This document shows positions 1 to 10,376 of a stretch of 64,000 nucleotides of DNA, one piece after another; within the stretch, counting starts at the first letter, position 1; each line of letters opens with the position of its first letter. A program made the position numbers and the translations under genes. Source of the DNA: Paramoeba atlantica (Eukaryota; Protista; Discosea); the NCBI GenBank assembly GCA_977017575.1, contig CDRNVI010000036.1, positions 143,207 through 207,206 on the forward strand, in the 5' to 3' direction. The notes beneath the pieces are model-generated. The model did not search any database. It was not told the origin of the DNA and was given only the letters and a program-made list of their open reading frames with translations.

Positions 1-2465
1 GATCGCTGCTGTAGAAGACCGGAATTTTCTAGCGTATTGCTACCAACGAGTGTTTGGCTTTTCGTGTGTGTGGAGGTAGCGCTAAGCTGATGGCAAAACT
101 TTTGTAGCTTGGAAAGGCATGCAGCTTCTTGTTCCGCCTCGCAAATGCCCCATAGTTGCATTGAATGCAAACATACCTTCTCGTGCAATATTCTTAATTT
201 TTGAATAAGACCTGTGAGGTATTCTGACCTTTTTTCGCCATCGGGAAATTCAACTAATTTTTCTCGAATGGTGCGTTGGAACTCTACTTGCGCAAGTCCT
301 TCGATTTTATTTGCAACGGCAGCTGGTTGAGAGAGTAAACTGGCGGCCGATGTCATAGCATATACGTGACCCTGTCGTGGGATCGACTGCATGGCACCTG
401 AAGCATTGGCGCACAGCAGGCTATACAACTGTGTACGCACTTTGTCGTCCGAGTGGTCAAACTTTGCCCCGCCTAGTATGTCTTCTAATAGTTTGAGTGC
501 GGTGTCGTGTTTTTCTGGGAGGGCATAAAAATTCAGGTAGATGCCGAAGAGCATTTTTGTCAGATCAGGGTCTACATCTAGGTGGACCTCACATGAGAAA
601 CCACTACATTGTGCACGCGTAGCCACGGAAAGCGCTTCATAGTCCATGGATTCGGTACCAACATCCGTTAAGACAGCAGCATACACGGGAAGTAAAGACA
701 GCTCTTCGGGTGAAAATTCCGAAATGCTAAGTGGTATGAACACATTCGTATAAATCAATTGATTGCAGGGTGTTGTAATCACTTCGATAGTATTCTTCCC
801 AACATTGTGGAGTTTGCCTAGCGGCTCTCCGTCCACCTTGCCAGGAATATCGCACACGCGCAAAGTGGGAAGAACCGATACGTTCGGTTCCTGCATTTGG
901 AACTTCTTAAGACCTTCAGCTTTTTCAAGTGCACTCTGAATGACATTACTGTTTCGCAAGTGCTCAAGGTTGTCTGTTCGAATCTTCTCTACAGCCGCTA
1001 ACTTTTCATTGTGTTTCGGATCGGCGTGTACAACAAGAGTAACTTGGGGAGGACGAGAGAGGAACAAATTCTTTATTAACGTGGTGAAACACCTAGTGTC
1101 TTCCTTGTGCCTTTGGCCGATCGCATTGTAGATGTGACCAGTTTCAAGCTGTGCTAGCACATCCATTTGATGAATATTCTGCGTTGTCGTCCCCATGCAT
1201 AATTGTAAGCCAAACTTCTTTCCCCTATGTCGTCGGCTTAACGAAGCTTGATGCAAAATTCCTTCTACACGGGACTCTGAGAAACCGTCCTTTGCTGCGC
1301 TCTCAAGAGCGGTTAGGACAGCTTGCGAAACTTCCTTCTCTGTAATATGATTATAATCAACGCCTTGTACTCCGAATGAGAACAACGCATTTCTAAATTC
1401 TGTAGTAATGCCGCACCCTGGCGCGTAATCTGACCCTAAATGGGAATCAATAAGTGCCTTATACATTGGACTAGCGGGTCCATCTGTCAACAACGTACTT
1501 AACACATCCAATTCAACAATGTTTCGTAAAATCTCTTCATGAGAACCTTGATAGTAATGTGTTGGTACTGCCCAACTCAGGAGAATACGAGTACACTTTG
1601 TAGGATCGTCGGTGGCATCTGGAGGCCCATATTCTACTACCATAGGTTTTGAAGGGTTCGTGTTCACAAGCTTCTCTTCAAGAAATGGAACTGCTACACG
1701 AGTAGACGGTGAGAATTTACTGAAAACATCGTCTAGAAGGTCCATGTTCTCTACAGGACATAGATTGCCGTACGATACACAGGTTACATTTGAAGGGTGA
1801 TAGTGCTGCTGATGAAACTGAACTAATTCGGAATGTAACAGGTCAGGAATATACTTAGGACATCCACCCAAAATATTGGCATAGGACGTTCCAACCAAGG
1901 CGTACTGCATCAACTGGGAAAAGAAATAATTCGAAGGATCAGCCCGCGATCCTTTCATTTCGTTATATACGACACCTTTGATACATAGCTTATCGTCCTC
2001 GTTTTTCTCTATTCGATGCCCCTCTTGAAGAAAATCCATCTCGCGTAGTAAAGGATTAAAAACCGCATCCAAATAGACGCGAAGCAAATTGCGAAAATCA
2101 GCAGCATTTACAGTACTAAAGGGGTACATGGTGTAATCAGTGCCCGTCATGGCATTCATAAAGGTGGCAAGAGAACGTCTAGTCATATGGAAGAAGGGGT
2201 CACGTACAGGAAACTTATCGCTTCCACACAACGTCGTGTGTTCCAGAATGTGAGGAACTCCTTTGTGGTTGGGATTGGGAGTACAGAATCCAAGACAAAA
2301 TGAGTTGTGAGAGTCGTCTGCTGCCAAATGATAGTATGTGGCTTTCGTTTTCTCGTGAAGAAAAGTATACCCCACAAGATTGAGCTCCGGAATGTTGCGC
2401 TTTGCCTGAAGCTCAAAACCTCGCGTCACGCCTCCAATACACATGCGCGATAACGAGTGCACCAT
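1..2465 (-). CDS. PITRM1: Presequence protease (pitrilysin/M16C, PreP/Cym1), 3' end outside the window
   Basis: Absent from the ORF track because there is no stop in the window. Manual translation from ATG 2465: MVHSLSRM...HKGVPHILEHTTLCGSDKFPVRDPFFHMTRRSLATFMNAMTGTDYTMYPFST (inverted HxxEH zinc motif). Same frame open where spot-checked at ~400 (SIPRQGHVYAMTSA) and at 3-59. Confidence 0.9.
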   Translation of the reverse strand, partial: MVHSLSRMCIGGVTRGFELQAKRNIPELNLVGYTFLHEKTKATYYHLAADDSHNSFCLGFCTPNPNHKGVPHILEHTTLCGSDKFPVRDPFFHMTRRSLATFMNAMTGTDYTMYPFSTVNAADFRNLLRVYLDAVFNPLLREMDFLQEGHRIEKNEDDKLCIKGVVYNEMKGSRADPSNYFFSQLMQYALVGTSYANILGGCPKYIPDLLHSELVQFHQQHYHPSNVTCVSYGNLCPVENMDLLDDVFSKFSPSTRVAVPFLEEKLVNTNPSKPMVVEYGPPDATDDPTKCTRILLSWAVPTHYYQGSHEEILRNIVELDVLSTLLTDGPASPMYKALIDSHLGSDYAPGCGITTEFRNALFSFGVQGVDYNHITEKEVSQAVLTALESAAKDGFSESRVEGILHQASLSRRHRGKKFGLQLCMGTTTQNIHQMDVLAQLETGHIYNAIGQRHKEDTRCFTTLIKNLFLSRPPQVTLVVHADPKHNEKLAAVEKIRTDNLEHLRNSNVIQSALEKAEGLKKFQMQEPNVSVLPTLRVCDIPGKVDGEPLGKLHNVGKNTIEVITTPCNQLIYTNVFIPLSISEFSPEELSLLPVYAAVLTDVGTESMDYEALSVATRAQCSGFSCEVHLDVDPDLTKMLFGIYLNFYALPEKHDTALKLLEDILGGAKFDHSDDKVRTQLYSLLCANASGAMQSIPRQGHVYAMTSAASLLSQPAAVANKIEGLAQVEFQRTIREKLVEFPDGEKRSEYLTGLIQKLRILHEKVCLHSMQLWGICEAEQEAACLSKLQKFCHQLSATSTHTKSQTLVGSNTLENSGLLQQR

Positions 2466-3222
2466 TTTAGGAAGGCGGCGTAAAACTATAGAATTCCACT
2501 AAAAGTGACCTTTGTAGCACATTTCGAAGAACGAAAGCAATCTTTCGTGAAATTAAAAATAACATACCGTATCATAACTGTGTTAAAAAAGAACCAGGTA
2601 AAGAGAATGCATCACCCAATAGGAGTAATTGAAAATGTGATCGAAGCAACCCGTGAAATGTACATGATCAGCCAACCTGAGCAACTTCTGGAGAAGTGCA
2701 CTCTACTTTAACCTCAGGTACTGTAATTTCAACGTGTGAACTTGCTATTTTCTTTCCGTATTCACGAGTCGGAGGGTACATTAAAAAGCCCGCCCACCAA
2801 ATGGCTACTGGGAGACATTCAATACCCACGAAAACGCAAAGACAGAATAGTCTTAAAGAGGATATTGGTGGAGGGAGAAGGTGCCGATTACCCATGTAGA
2901 TACGCTATGAAAGCGATTATAATATTGCGAAGAAAAGTCTCTATTGGCCAATTATGGAAGCCATAACTTCAAAGACGAAGTAAAGAAAGTGAAGTAAAAA
3001 TAGTGCAAGTAAGAGTTCAAAACTCGAATAATCGCCACAATCCCGTTTATTCGTTTTTCTTACCCTAATTCGTACTGTATATACATTTTTACTACTGTAC
3101 AGTACATTTTACTTACTACTGTACTATACCGTACTGTAGTGTACATTTTTTACTGCGCTGGCACAGGGACACACCATACACACGGTTCCGAGTACACACG
3201 GAGTACTCACACGGTTACGTCT

Positions 3223-4752
3223 TTACGATGGTACCCAGCTAACTTCAAGGTTGCATAAGGACGCAAAATCCTGCATAATCCTGCAATTCTCCGGTCGCAC
3301 GTAAAAAGAACAAGACCCTTTTCGACCAAGTCGCCCCACACGACCACTCCAGTGCACGAACTCACGAACGCTACTTGGAATACAAATGACGTGCATAGCA
3401 GCGAGAAATGGGATGTCAATTCCCCGAATTTGTGACGGGGTGCTTACGTATACATTGCCCTTCCTTGATGTCGTAATCGCATCGCTTTGCTTCCGAATAT
3501 CGCTTAAGCGAGCCGATGGAAGGTCTGACCAGGACAGCTCTTGATTCATGAGGTCCGTGACAATGCTGTTTGTAGGAACCAAAACGAGGACAGACCCGCT
3601 CACGCGCTCCTTTTGTACATAAGCCTTTACTGTTGCCAAGCTTTCTTGCATTGAACTTTGGGGGGACAGCATTCTAAATGTGAACTCGATATCTTGTGGT
3701 GGCGAATGACAGCGAAGGTTGGAGCGTGGCGTGCCAGCGTGGCTCGTTCCTGAGTACTCCAATGGAACGGATTGCTCTCCGAAAGTATTAAAAATGTTTT
3801 TCTTCGTACAACGACGCATGTGGCTGATTACACATGGTGTGAGAGTTGCAGAGGTTAGCATTAAATGGGGTGCAGGCTCAGCGGGCTCGGGGATATAAAG
3901 CCATTGAAACAGTCGGCTACCTGGGGAAGTGGAATCGGGGACTGTCCCTCGAAGTGGAAAGATCTCATCGGCCTCATCCATCACAAGGGTGTCGTACCAA
4001 GGCCAGAGACTGTGTGTGATAGTGCCCGTGTTCATACTCGTGAACATCTCCAGTCCACTCCACATGACTTGTGGGGTAGTGATCGTAATGTAGGGCAAAG
4101 GGTCCCTTGCGTAGGCTTCACGTCGGTTTGGTCCTGCAAGGTCTTCTACGTAGCGCGTCACATCGGAACTGTGCCGAAAGATCCGAACCAGCTGCGGGTC
4201 CTCGGAAAGGGGATACCACCATAGGGCCGTAATCCACTCCTTGACTTGTTCCGCAAGCAAACAGGTAGGTACTAACACGAGCGTACTCCCTGTCGTCGGT
4301 GGTCCCTCTCGCATGAATCGTGCCACCAAAGCGACGCACAGCGCCAATGTCTTTCCAGTTCCTGTGGCAGCACATAGCGCAAAATTCTCTCTGGCATAGG
4401 CACTTTGTAGGATGCGAGCCTGAATAGGAGTTAGAGTGCGTACCCCTCGTGAGGCGAGTTTCTGCACCAAGGGTTCGGGTAGCCCCATTCGGTTGGGGTC
4501 AAGCGTAGCACACAGCGCTTGCTCACGGACGTCATTTTCCGAGACCCACTGACCATCGGTGAGTTCTACCTGACTGAGCTCTATTTCACGTAGGGGTTCT
4601 GGGACTTGTGGTTTAAAAAACATCGGACCCCTATTGCTGCCAGCATTGAGATGTGTTCCGTAGCCTTCTTCGGTGATGTGACGAAAAGGATCGCGTGGCT
4701 TGACGTTCTCTTTCCATCGAAATCGACAATGAATTTTACCACAGAACCGCAT
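3223..4752 (-). CDS. DEAD-box RNA helicase (divergent, possibly mitochondrial)
   Basis: Q motif TLTPIQ, Walker A ATGTGKT, Ia VPTCLLAEQ, DEAD, SAT, motif VI HWSGRVGRLG. Confidence 0.85.
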   Translation of the reverse strand: MRFCGKIHCRFRWKENVKPRDPFRHITEEGYGTHLNAGSNRGPMFFKPQVPEPLREIELSQVELTDGQWVSENDVREQALCATLDPNRMGLPEPLVQKLASRGVRTLTPIQARILQSAYARENFALCAATGTGKTLALCVALVARFMREGPPTTGSTLVLVPTCLLAEQVKEWITALWWYPLSEDPQLVRIFRHSSDVTRYVEDLAGPNRREAYARDPLPYITITTPQVMWSGLEMFTSMNTGTITHSLWPWYDTLVMDEADEIFPLRGTVPDSTSPGSRLFQWLYIPEPAEPAPHLMLTSATLTPCVISHMRRCTKKNIFNTFGEQSVPLEYSGTSHAGTPRSNLRCHSPPQDIEFTFRMLSPQSSMQESLATVKAYVQKERVSGSVLVLVPTNSIVTDLMNQELSWSDLPSARLSDIRKQSDAITTSRKGNVYVSTPSQIRGIDIPFLAAMHVICIPSSVREFVHWSGRVGRLGRKGSCSFYVRPENCRIMQDFASLCNLEVSWVPS

Positions 4753-5166
4753 GATTTCACTTATTAAAGCGATTCTATATTTACTGTGCTTGTAACGCTC
4801 TACTCCCGGTCAATTCTGGTACCTTGTATTCGTATTGACTCGTCTCGTCACATGAACCTACTATTGGCGCATCCATGGAAAGTCAAAATGAAATTCTTGT
4901 TTAATGCCTACGTCGCCGCGTGAATATAATGAAATATAATGAAATTAGACAAAGACCAGTGTGATGGTTGCAATGTTCTAGTTACAATGTTTGGGAACCA
5001 AAGTTTGGTTATGATTCTGGTTCTGATTCAATACCCGTCACGTATACAGTGTATAGAACCGTTAGAGAATGGACTCCATTCAATGGAGTAATAAAAATGC
5101 AGTAGTAAAATTTGAAGAAAATATATTCGGGTCTCATCAGCAATCTTCTCCCTAAAGGTAATGACT

Positions 5167-6816
5167 TTAGAGAGTGTTCAGAAAGTCTCGGCGCCTCAAC
5201 ATACAATTCGAGCCGAGTAAAAAACAATTTCCATCCTTTTCATCTCCAAGTACTGTGGCAGCAGAACGCTTATTTAGCTCATGTACGCTATGAGCTTCTC
5301 TATAGGAAAGACCACCCATTACAAAAATAAGGAACGCAGAGCATTTCGGAGTGCTCCTCTTTTCGGTCATTGGAAACGTTTCTAAGGATAGTGTTCCGGC
5401 TTGTAGCATCGCGAATAACCTCTCTACAAGCGGTACGTATTGAGTACCATTCTTCCGATTTAGTCCCGAAATTGCACTCTGAATAGTTTTAGAAAGCGTA
5501 TGAGAAGGAAACAATAGCGATTTTGGAGCTCTGCGTCCAACGATGCCCGAGCTGCGGATACGTTGGAGTGTATCGGTCGGAACATTTAATGTCTTCAATG
5601 CTTCCCTTAGTCTGTTGTGGTACGCTATTCGATGAGAATCATGAAGCTTGGGTCCTTGCCAGTCCAACCTCAGACTGTACAATACAATAATGTACGCAAG
5701 CTCGTCGCGATGAGTAATTGAACATGAGGCGCACAATTCTTCAATCTTTTGGAGAATCTCCTCAGATTTAAAGTTATTCAGTATCTCATGCTGGACTTTA
5801 CGGGTGTTGTTTGTGTGTTCAAGTTCTTTTGATAAATTGCTAATGAGATCGAGATGTTTGGAGAATACCTTGCTACTTCTATTGGTATCGGGAGCCTTTA
5901 ACTGAGCTTTCGCGTCGATCAATGAATTGGAGTTTAATTTCCCCTCTTTCAAATCAATCACTTGTTCTTTTATTTGCTTACATGTTTCCACAAAGCTATC
6001 ATTGGCATGTACACTAAAAAAATTGTCTCGAAGAATATCTACTTCGTTCTTTCGTCCTCCATCGGGCGAAAGTTCATGGTGCAAAGAAGCGGGAAGATCT
6101 AAATATGGTGTTTTAGTGACAAATTCGTAAATCAGTGCTTCATAATTCACAGGAAGCAACAACGGAGCATAGGGATCGGCGAGTCGGTCAATAATAAGGA
6201 TTTCGCCAGAGATATGAGAGGGAAAATTGTATATCCCTGAAGAGCCCAGTAAACTAGACTTCAAGTTTTCGGCTACCTCTTTCGTTTCAGGAGAATTGTA
6301 CTGGTATCGAATTACATCCGGACGAACCTTGCAGTTGAGAAGGGCGGAAAGTAACCCATCTTTTGCTCGTGTCGTGGAAGTAGCTCTCGGATCAGCGCGT
6401 AGAACGAATAGGTCGGTGCGAAGAGGGTACATACTTAAGCAGTGCTCCTGTAGAGTCAGAACTAAAAAACCGGTGTCTGCCTCGGCGAGTTTTTGAAGCA
6501 TTTCAGCAGAGGGTGGACTGAGGAAATGAATATGGTATTCTCCAAATCTTGCGGATTGTAGCTCCACACATAAGGCATCGATGGCATAATCAGAGGGATA
6601 AAGAACAACAATTGCTTTGAGTTGTGGCATGAAGGCAGCTTCTCTGGGCTCTCCAAAGCTTTCAATAAGATAGATTTCGTACTCCAGTAATTCAGTATGT
6701 GTAAGCACTAGAGAGACCAATCCGCTTGAGTCGCGATCCAAAAACAGAATTTTCATGCCTTCGACTGCGCCACAGATGTCCTGCAGGTTCTTTCGAACTC
6801 CGCTGACTAAGTCCAT
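5167..6816 (-). CDS. VPS45: Sec1/Munc18 family protein, Vps45-like
   Basis: N-terminus GMKILFLDRDSSGLVSLVLTHTELLEYEIYLIE matches the Vps45 pattern; also ILIIDRLADPYAPLL and FVMGGLSYREA. Confidence 0.8.
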   Translation of the reverse strand: MDLVSGVRKNLQDICGAVEGMKILFLDRDSSGLVSLVLTHTELLEYEIYLIESFGEPREAAFMPQLKAIVVLYPSDYAIDALCVELQSARFGEYHIHFLSPPSAEMLQKLAEADTGFLVLTLQEHCLSMYPLRTDLFVLRADPRATSTTRAKDGLLSALLNCKVRPDVIRYQYNSPETKEVAENLKSSLLGSSGIYNFPSHISGEILIIDRLADPYAPLLLPVNYEALIYEFVTKTPYLDLPASLHHELSPDGGRKNEVDILRDNFFSVHANDSFVETCKQIKEQVIDLKEGKLNSNSLIDAKAQLKAPDTNRSSKVFSKHLDLISNLSKELEHTNNTRKVQHEILNNFKSEEILQKIEELCASCSITHRDELAYIIVLYSLRLDWQGPKLHDSHRIAYHNRLREALKTLNVPTDTLQRIRSSGIVGRRAPKSLLFPSHTLSKTIQSAISGLNRKNGTQYVPLVERLFAMLQAGTLSLETFPMTEKRSTPKCSAFLIFVMGGLSYREAHSVHELNKRSAATVLGDEKDGNCFLLGSNCMLRRRDFLNTL

Positions 6817-7009
6817 TATAGGAAACGTGATAACGTACGTAAGTTCTTCAAAATATTAGAAAATCATCGAATCGGATACAGTCAGTACTAGGGAAGAATC
6901 GGTCAGTGAAGAAACCGTGAATAAAATTGAATTTGAATTTTACGCTGCATATGAGTGTCATGTACAGCGTCCTTTCACCAGTCTCAGAATTAGATTGGAG
7001 ACGGATTGC

Positions 7010-8281
7010 CTAAGGTTGTATGAAGGGGTCGTGTGCTGATTTGTTCCACCCAAGAGTGTCCCAGGTTCTTTCCATGTGAGGTGGAAGCGGGGCATCGACA
7101 CAGATCCATTCCCCACTTGCCTTATGCTTATAAGGGAGCTGAATCCGTCTGTGGTGTAAATGAAGAGAAATGCCCCGATCTTCCGGATCCCAGAACGTTC
7201 GCAAAGCTCCAGGATAGGCTGCATTGCCCCCATATTTCGCATCACCTAAAATCGGAGAGCGAAGCGCGTGGGCCGCCATGATACGTATCTGATGTCGGTG
7301 ATTTGTGAGTGGGTAAAAGGAAACCCATGCCCCATACTGACTCAGAGTCTCATTCACAGTGTACTCTGCAATGGCTGCTTTGCTGTGCTCCGAGGGAATG
7401 GGCCGCACTATAATACGTTCTCCCTCCCGCCGCGTTGTCTTCGAGGTTGGGTTTCCTTTATCGTCGTGCTGGAGTGGACGGGTGAACTCCATATGCATAC
7501 GGATGCGACCTACACGAGCCTTCGGGGCTGAGCTTAGCAATGCCCAATATACATTTGTGGGCACACAGCGACGGACAAACATGGGGTGCAACATACGGTG
7601 CGCGGAGGGAGTACGTGCCAGTATTAAACATCCGCTCGTCTCTTTGTCGAGCAAATGGACCAGGGAGGGTCGGTGAGGGTTCGTGTAGCGCCACAACGGA
7701 AGCATATCCTGAATGTTCACTGCGGTAGAGTCTGGACTCTGATGTACCGGCACCCCGGGGGGTTTGTTAATTACAATCACGTGGGCATTCTTAAACAACA
7801 CCCAGGACTGGGCCAGGTTCCGTACGCGGGACGAGAACTTCTCTCTTGCCGTTTCAGTCACCTCCGGTATGGAGGGGGTAAGAAAGCGTTCGTAGCCCAT
7901 GGGAAGATGAGGAGGCAGCACTACGACATCATTACGCTCCAGGCGATCTCCTACACTAGAGCTTCGTACAGTGTTTCCCGTGTGAGACTTCATACGAAAG
8001 ATGTGCCCCGCGCGCACGAGCTTGTAAACCACCTCGGGGTTCCACTCCGGGTGGTGATGGCTCAGGAAGGCGTCTAGTCGGGACCCCACCCAGGGATCTT
8101 GTACGCGGTAGTGATGGGGTGTGGTGCCGCGATCCACCTCCTGGACCCGTGTCATGGCGAGTCGCTCCCGGGCTCGTCGTGAAAGAGGAAGATCCGCTTG
8201 CCGAGGGAGTGTTCCAGGGGTACGTGCGGCGTCGTCAAAAAATTGCAGTGCCCGGGTGAATTTACGTGATAAACGTAGCAT
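7010..8281 (-). CDS. RluA/RluD-family pseudouridine synthase with S4 domain, likely mitochondrial
   Basis: S4-like RLDAFL..KLVRAGHI; VINKPPGVPVH; VHLLDKETSG; HQIRIMAAH; PILGDAKYG; LHLHH; basic, Arg-rich N-terminus. Confidence 0.85.
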   Translation of the reverse strand: MLRLSRKFTRALQFFDDAARTPGTLPRQADLPLSRRARERLAMTRVQEVDRGTTPHHYRVQDPWVGSRLDAFLSHHHPEWNPEVVYKLVRAGHIFRMKSHTGNTVRSSSVGDRLERNDVVVLPPHLPMGYERFLTPSIPEVTETAREKFSSRVRNLAQSWVLFKNAHVIVINKPPGVPVHQSPDSTAVNIQDMLPLWRYTNPHRPSLVHLLDKETSGCLILARTPSAHRMLHPMFVRRCVPTNVYWALLSSAPKARVGRIRMHMEFTRPLQHDDKGNPTSKTTRREGERIIVRPIPSEHSKAAIAEYTVNETLSQYGAWVSFYPLTNHRHQIRIMAAHALRSPILGDAKYGGNAAYPGALRTFWDPEDRGISLHLHHRRIQLPYKHKASGEWICVDAPLPPHMERTWDTLGWNKSAHDPFIQP

Positions 8282-8455
8282 TGTGGGAGGGGTGAGTCGT
8301 TATGATGAAATATAGTGGGAACTAGGTTGATTGTCAGGTTAACGTACAATTTTGTTTCTGTAAAACTGGGTAGGGAACCAGAAATTTATCATTTATTTAA
8401 GTGTGTCCCACATATTGGTTTTGTATCTACTGTAACGCGTGAAATGATGATGATT

Positions 8456-8995
8456 TTAGAAATCTACATCCTCTGAATAATTGTCCACAAGGTCACCTGG
8501 GTCGGGTACCTGGAAGTCGGAATCATGGTCCATGCTGCGATACGTACCTGAATTATTCTTCGCTATATCATCCCAAGCAGGGTTTAGTGTCGTCGTTGTG
8601 ATTTCGCCAAAGATACCGACCTGGGGATTTGCAACAAAGGCTGGTTTAGATTCCACGCCTTGTCGCAATAGCGGGTCTCTGTCATTCGAGAAGGACTCTA
8701 CAGGTGCACTATCCTCGGGAAGAAACATTCCAAAGGTATTACTTGTACGTCCAAGTTCGCCGCTTGGTACAGCATTGAACCCGGGAACAATTAACTTTTG
8801 GTACCACTCAGCGAAAACGTCGATTTCTCTCATACAGGGAGTAATATGAGTGTCGTACTTGGCACGCGGGCATTGCGTACACTTCAACGCGGCAGTTCCC
8901 TGGGTTCGACGCAGGCGCACTGCAATGGTTTGACTCCCGTCGCACATGGGACAATCAAATGCCGTTTGCAGTTTTTTCCGTTCCTTTCCCACCAT
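8456..8995 (-). CDS. ELF1: Transcription elongation factor Elf1 (zinc ribbon) with acidic tail
   Basis: KLQTAFDCPMCD...CTQC...EIDVFAEW. Confidence 0.85.
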   Translation of the reverse strand: MVGKERKKLQTAFDCPMCDGSQTIAVRLRRTQGTAALKCTQCPRAKYDTHITPCMREIDVFAEWYQKLIVPGFNAVPSGELGRTSNTFGMFLPEDSAPVESFSNDRDPLLRQGVESKPAFVANPQVGIFGEITTTTLNPAWDDIAKNNSGTYRSMDHDSDFQVPDPGDLVDNYSEDVDF

Positions 8996-9658
8996 GAGGC
9001 AGTAAAAGTACTTCCAAAAATTTTAGTGGTTAGAGTTGGTGCATGAAATACCATGCTGTACGACGTATAATGCAGTAAGAGGTATAATGAAGCGAGTGTC
9101 ACAATACAAACTTAAAAAAGAACAAAGAAGCTACTGCTATCCAGCTTTAATATGCTATCCCTTCACTTCCCTTCAATAACCACTAAAGTTGGCTTACGAA
9201 GGAGATAATGACGTGAATCTGAAAGGAAAAAAGGTTGTGAAACGCCTCTGATCGAATACTTTCTCGTAATTTTTGCGTCATACAGCTTCACAAAAGGAAT
9301 GTTTCTTCCTCAGTACGTGCGGAGAATATTGAGTATTCGTGAGAATATTGAGTTTACATTGAGATTGAATGAGCATTCAAGGATCTGCTCCATTCAATAA
9401 AAGGGAGTTCAAGGTAGACAAGCTAAAGAGTACAAAGCTCAGGGGGTATTTCCTTTCCCATACATTATGCACTGCTCCCCAGCCCGAAAGATACACGGTG
9501 TGCATTTTTCATTGAGGCAGGGTGTCTCCACAAGAGTCATCGAGAAACGCAGAGAAACACGAACTATTCAGCGAACGCAGTTTAACGAAAAGTATCTGAA
9601 GCAGGCTTTCATCCCGTTTCTGCACTTTGGCATACTGATACACCACTAGAATGTTACT

Positions 9659-9919
9659 CTAATGCTGATCTCCAAACGTCTTTATGGTTCGAACGATCAA
9701 ACGTATTTGCTCCAATGCACCATTAACTGTGTTGCGAAGTGCCCGTGCGTCGTTCGCTGTAATCGTGACATACACTTTGGGTAGAGCGGTGTTCAGAAGG
9801 ACATCACATGACCAATACGTTCCGTTTTCTTCCTTATTCGGCAGGAGAAGAGCGTTTCTCACTACGTAAGCGTAGAATTCGCAAGGCATCGCAAACTCTG
9901 CGTGAAACGTCAAAGACAT
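9659..9919 (-). CDS. PCC1: KEOPS/EKC complex subunit Pcc1/LAGE3
   Basis: 86 aa; C-terminal VTITANDARALRNTVNGALEQIRLIVRTIKTF matches the Pcc1 pattern. Confidence 0.75.
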   Translation of the reverse strand: MSLTFHAEFAMPCEFYAYVVRNALLLPNKEENGTYWSCDVLLNTALPKVYVTITANDARALRNTVNGALEQIRLIVRTIKTFGDQH

Positions 9920-10376
9920 GAAGCTATATTAAGATACTAACAAAAAGACAAGGATTATTCTATTCGTAAGATTCAGCTGCAAGTCATCCATTAAGACAGC
10001 TGCTGCAGACCCCGATTTCATATTTTAGCACACGAAACTTAAAACATAGTACGCCACTCTTGATAAACACTGGTTGGATAATTACCAATTAACCAAAAAT
10101 AGCAAACGCAACCGCCCATAGATAACCAACGCACGCTAGATACGAACGCACATACATAACTATTTTATGTATAGGTTTCCATAGTTTCTGTAAACATTAA
10201 TTAAGATTGCGAAAATTAAGCGAACTTTCTGATTGAGATACGAGAACGCCCATATTCTTTTATTCGTCACTGGTTGGTCACGCTCAAAGTCTATTCTTTA
10301 TTACATTACGCCGCATTACGCATTATTCTCACATCTTGTAGAACCCATATCAAGGCATGCCCATATCAAGGCACCA

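Noticed and set aside
2183-2416. 77-aa minus-strand ORF in the track
   Set aside because: Out-of-frame overlap with the real PreP CDS.
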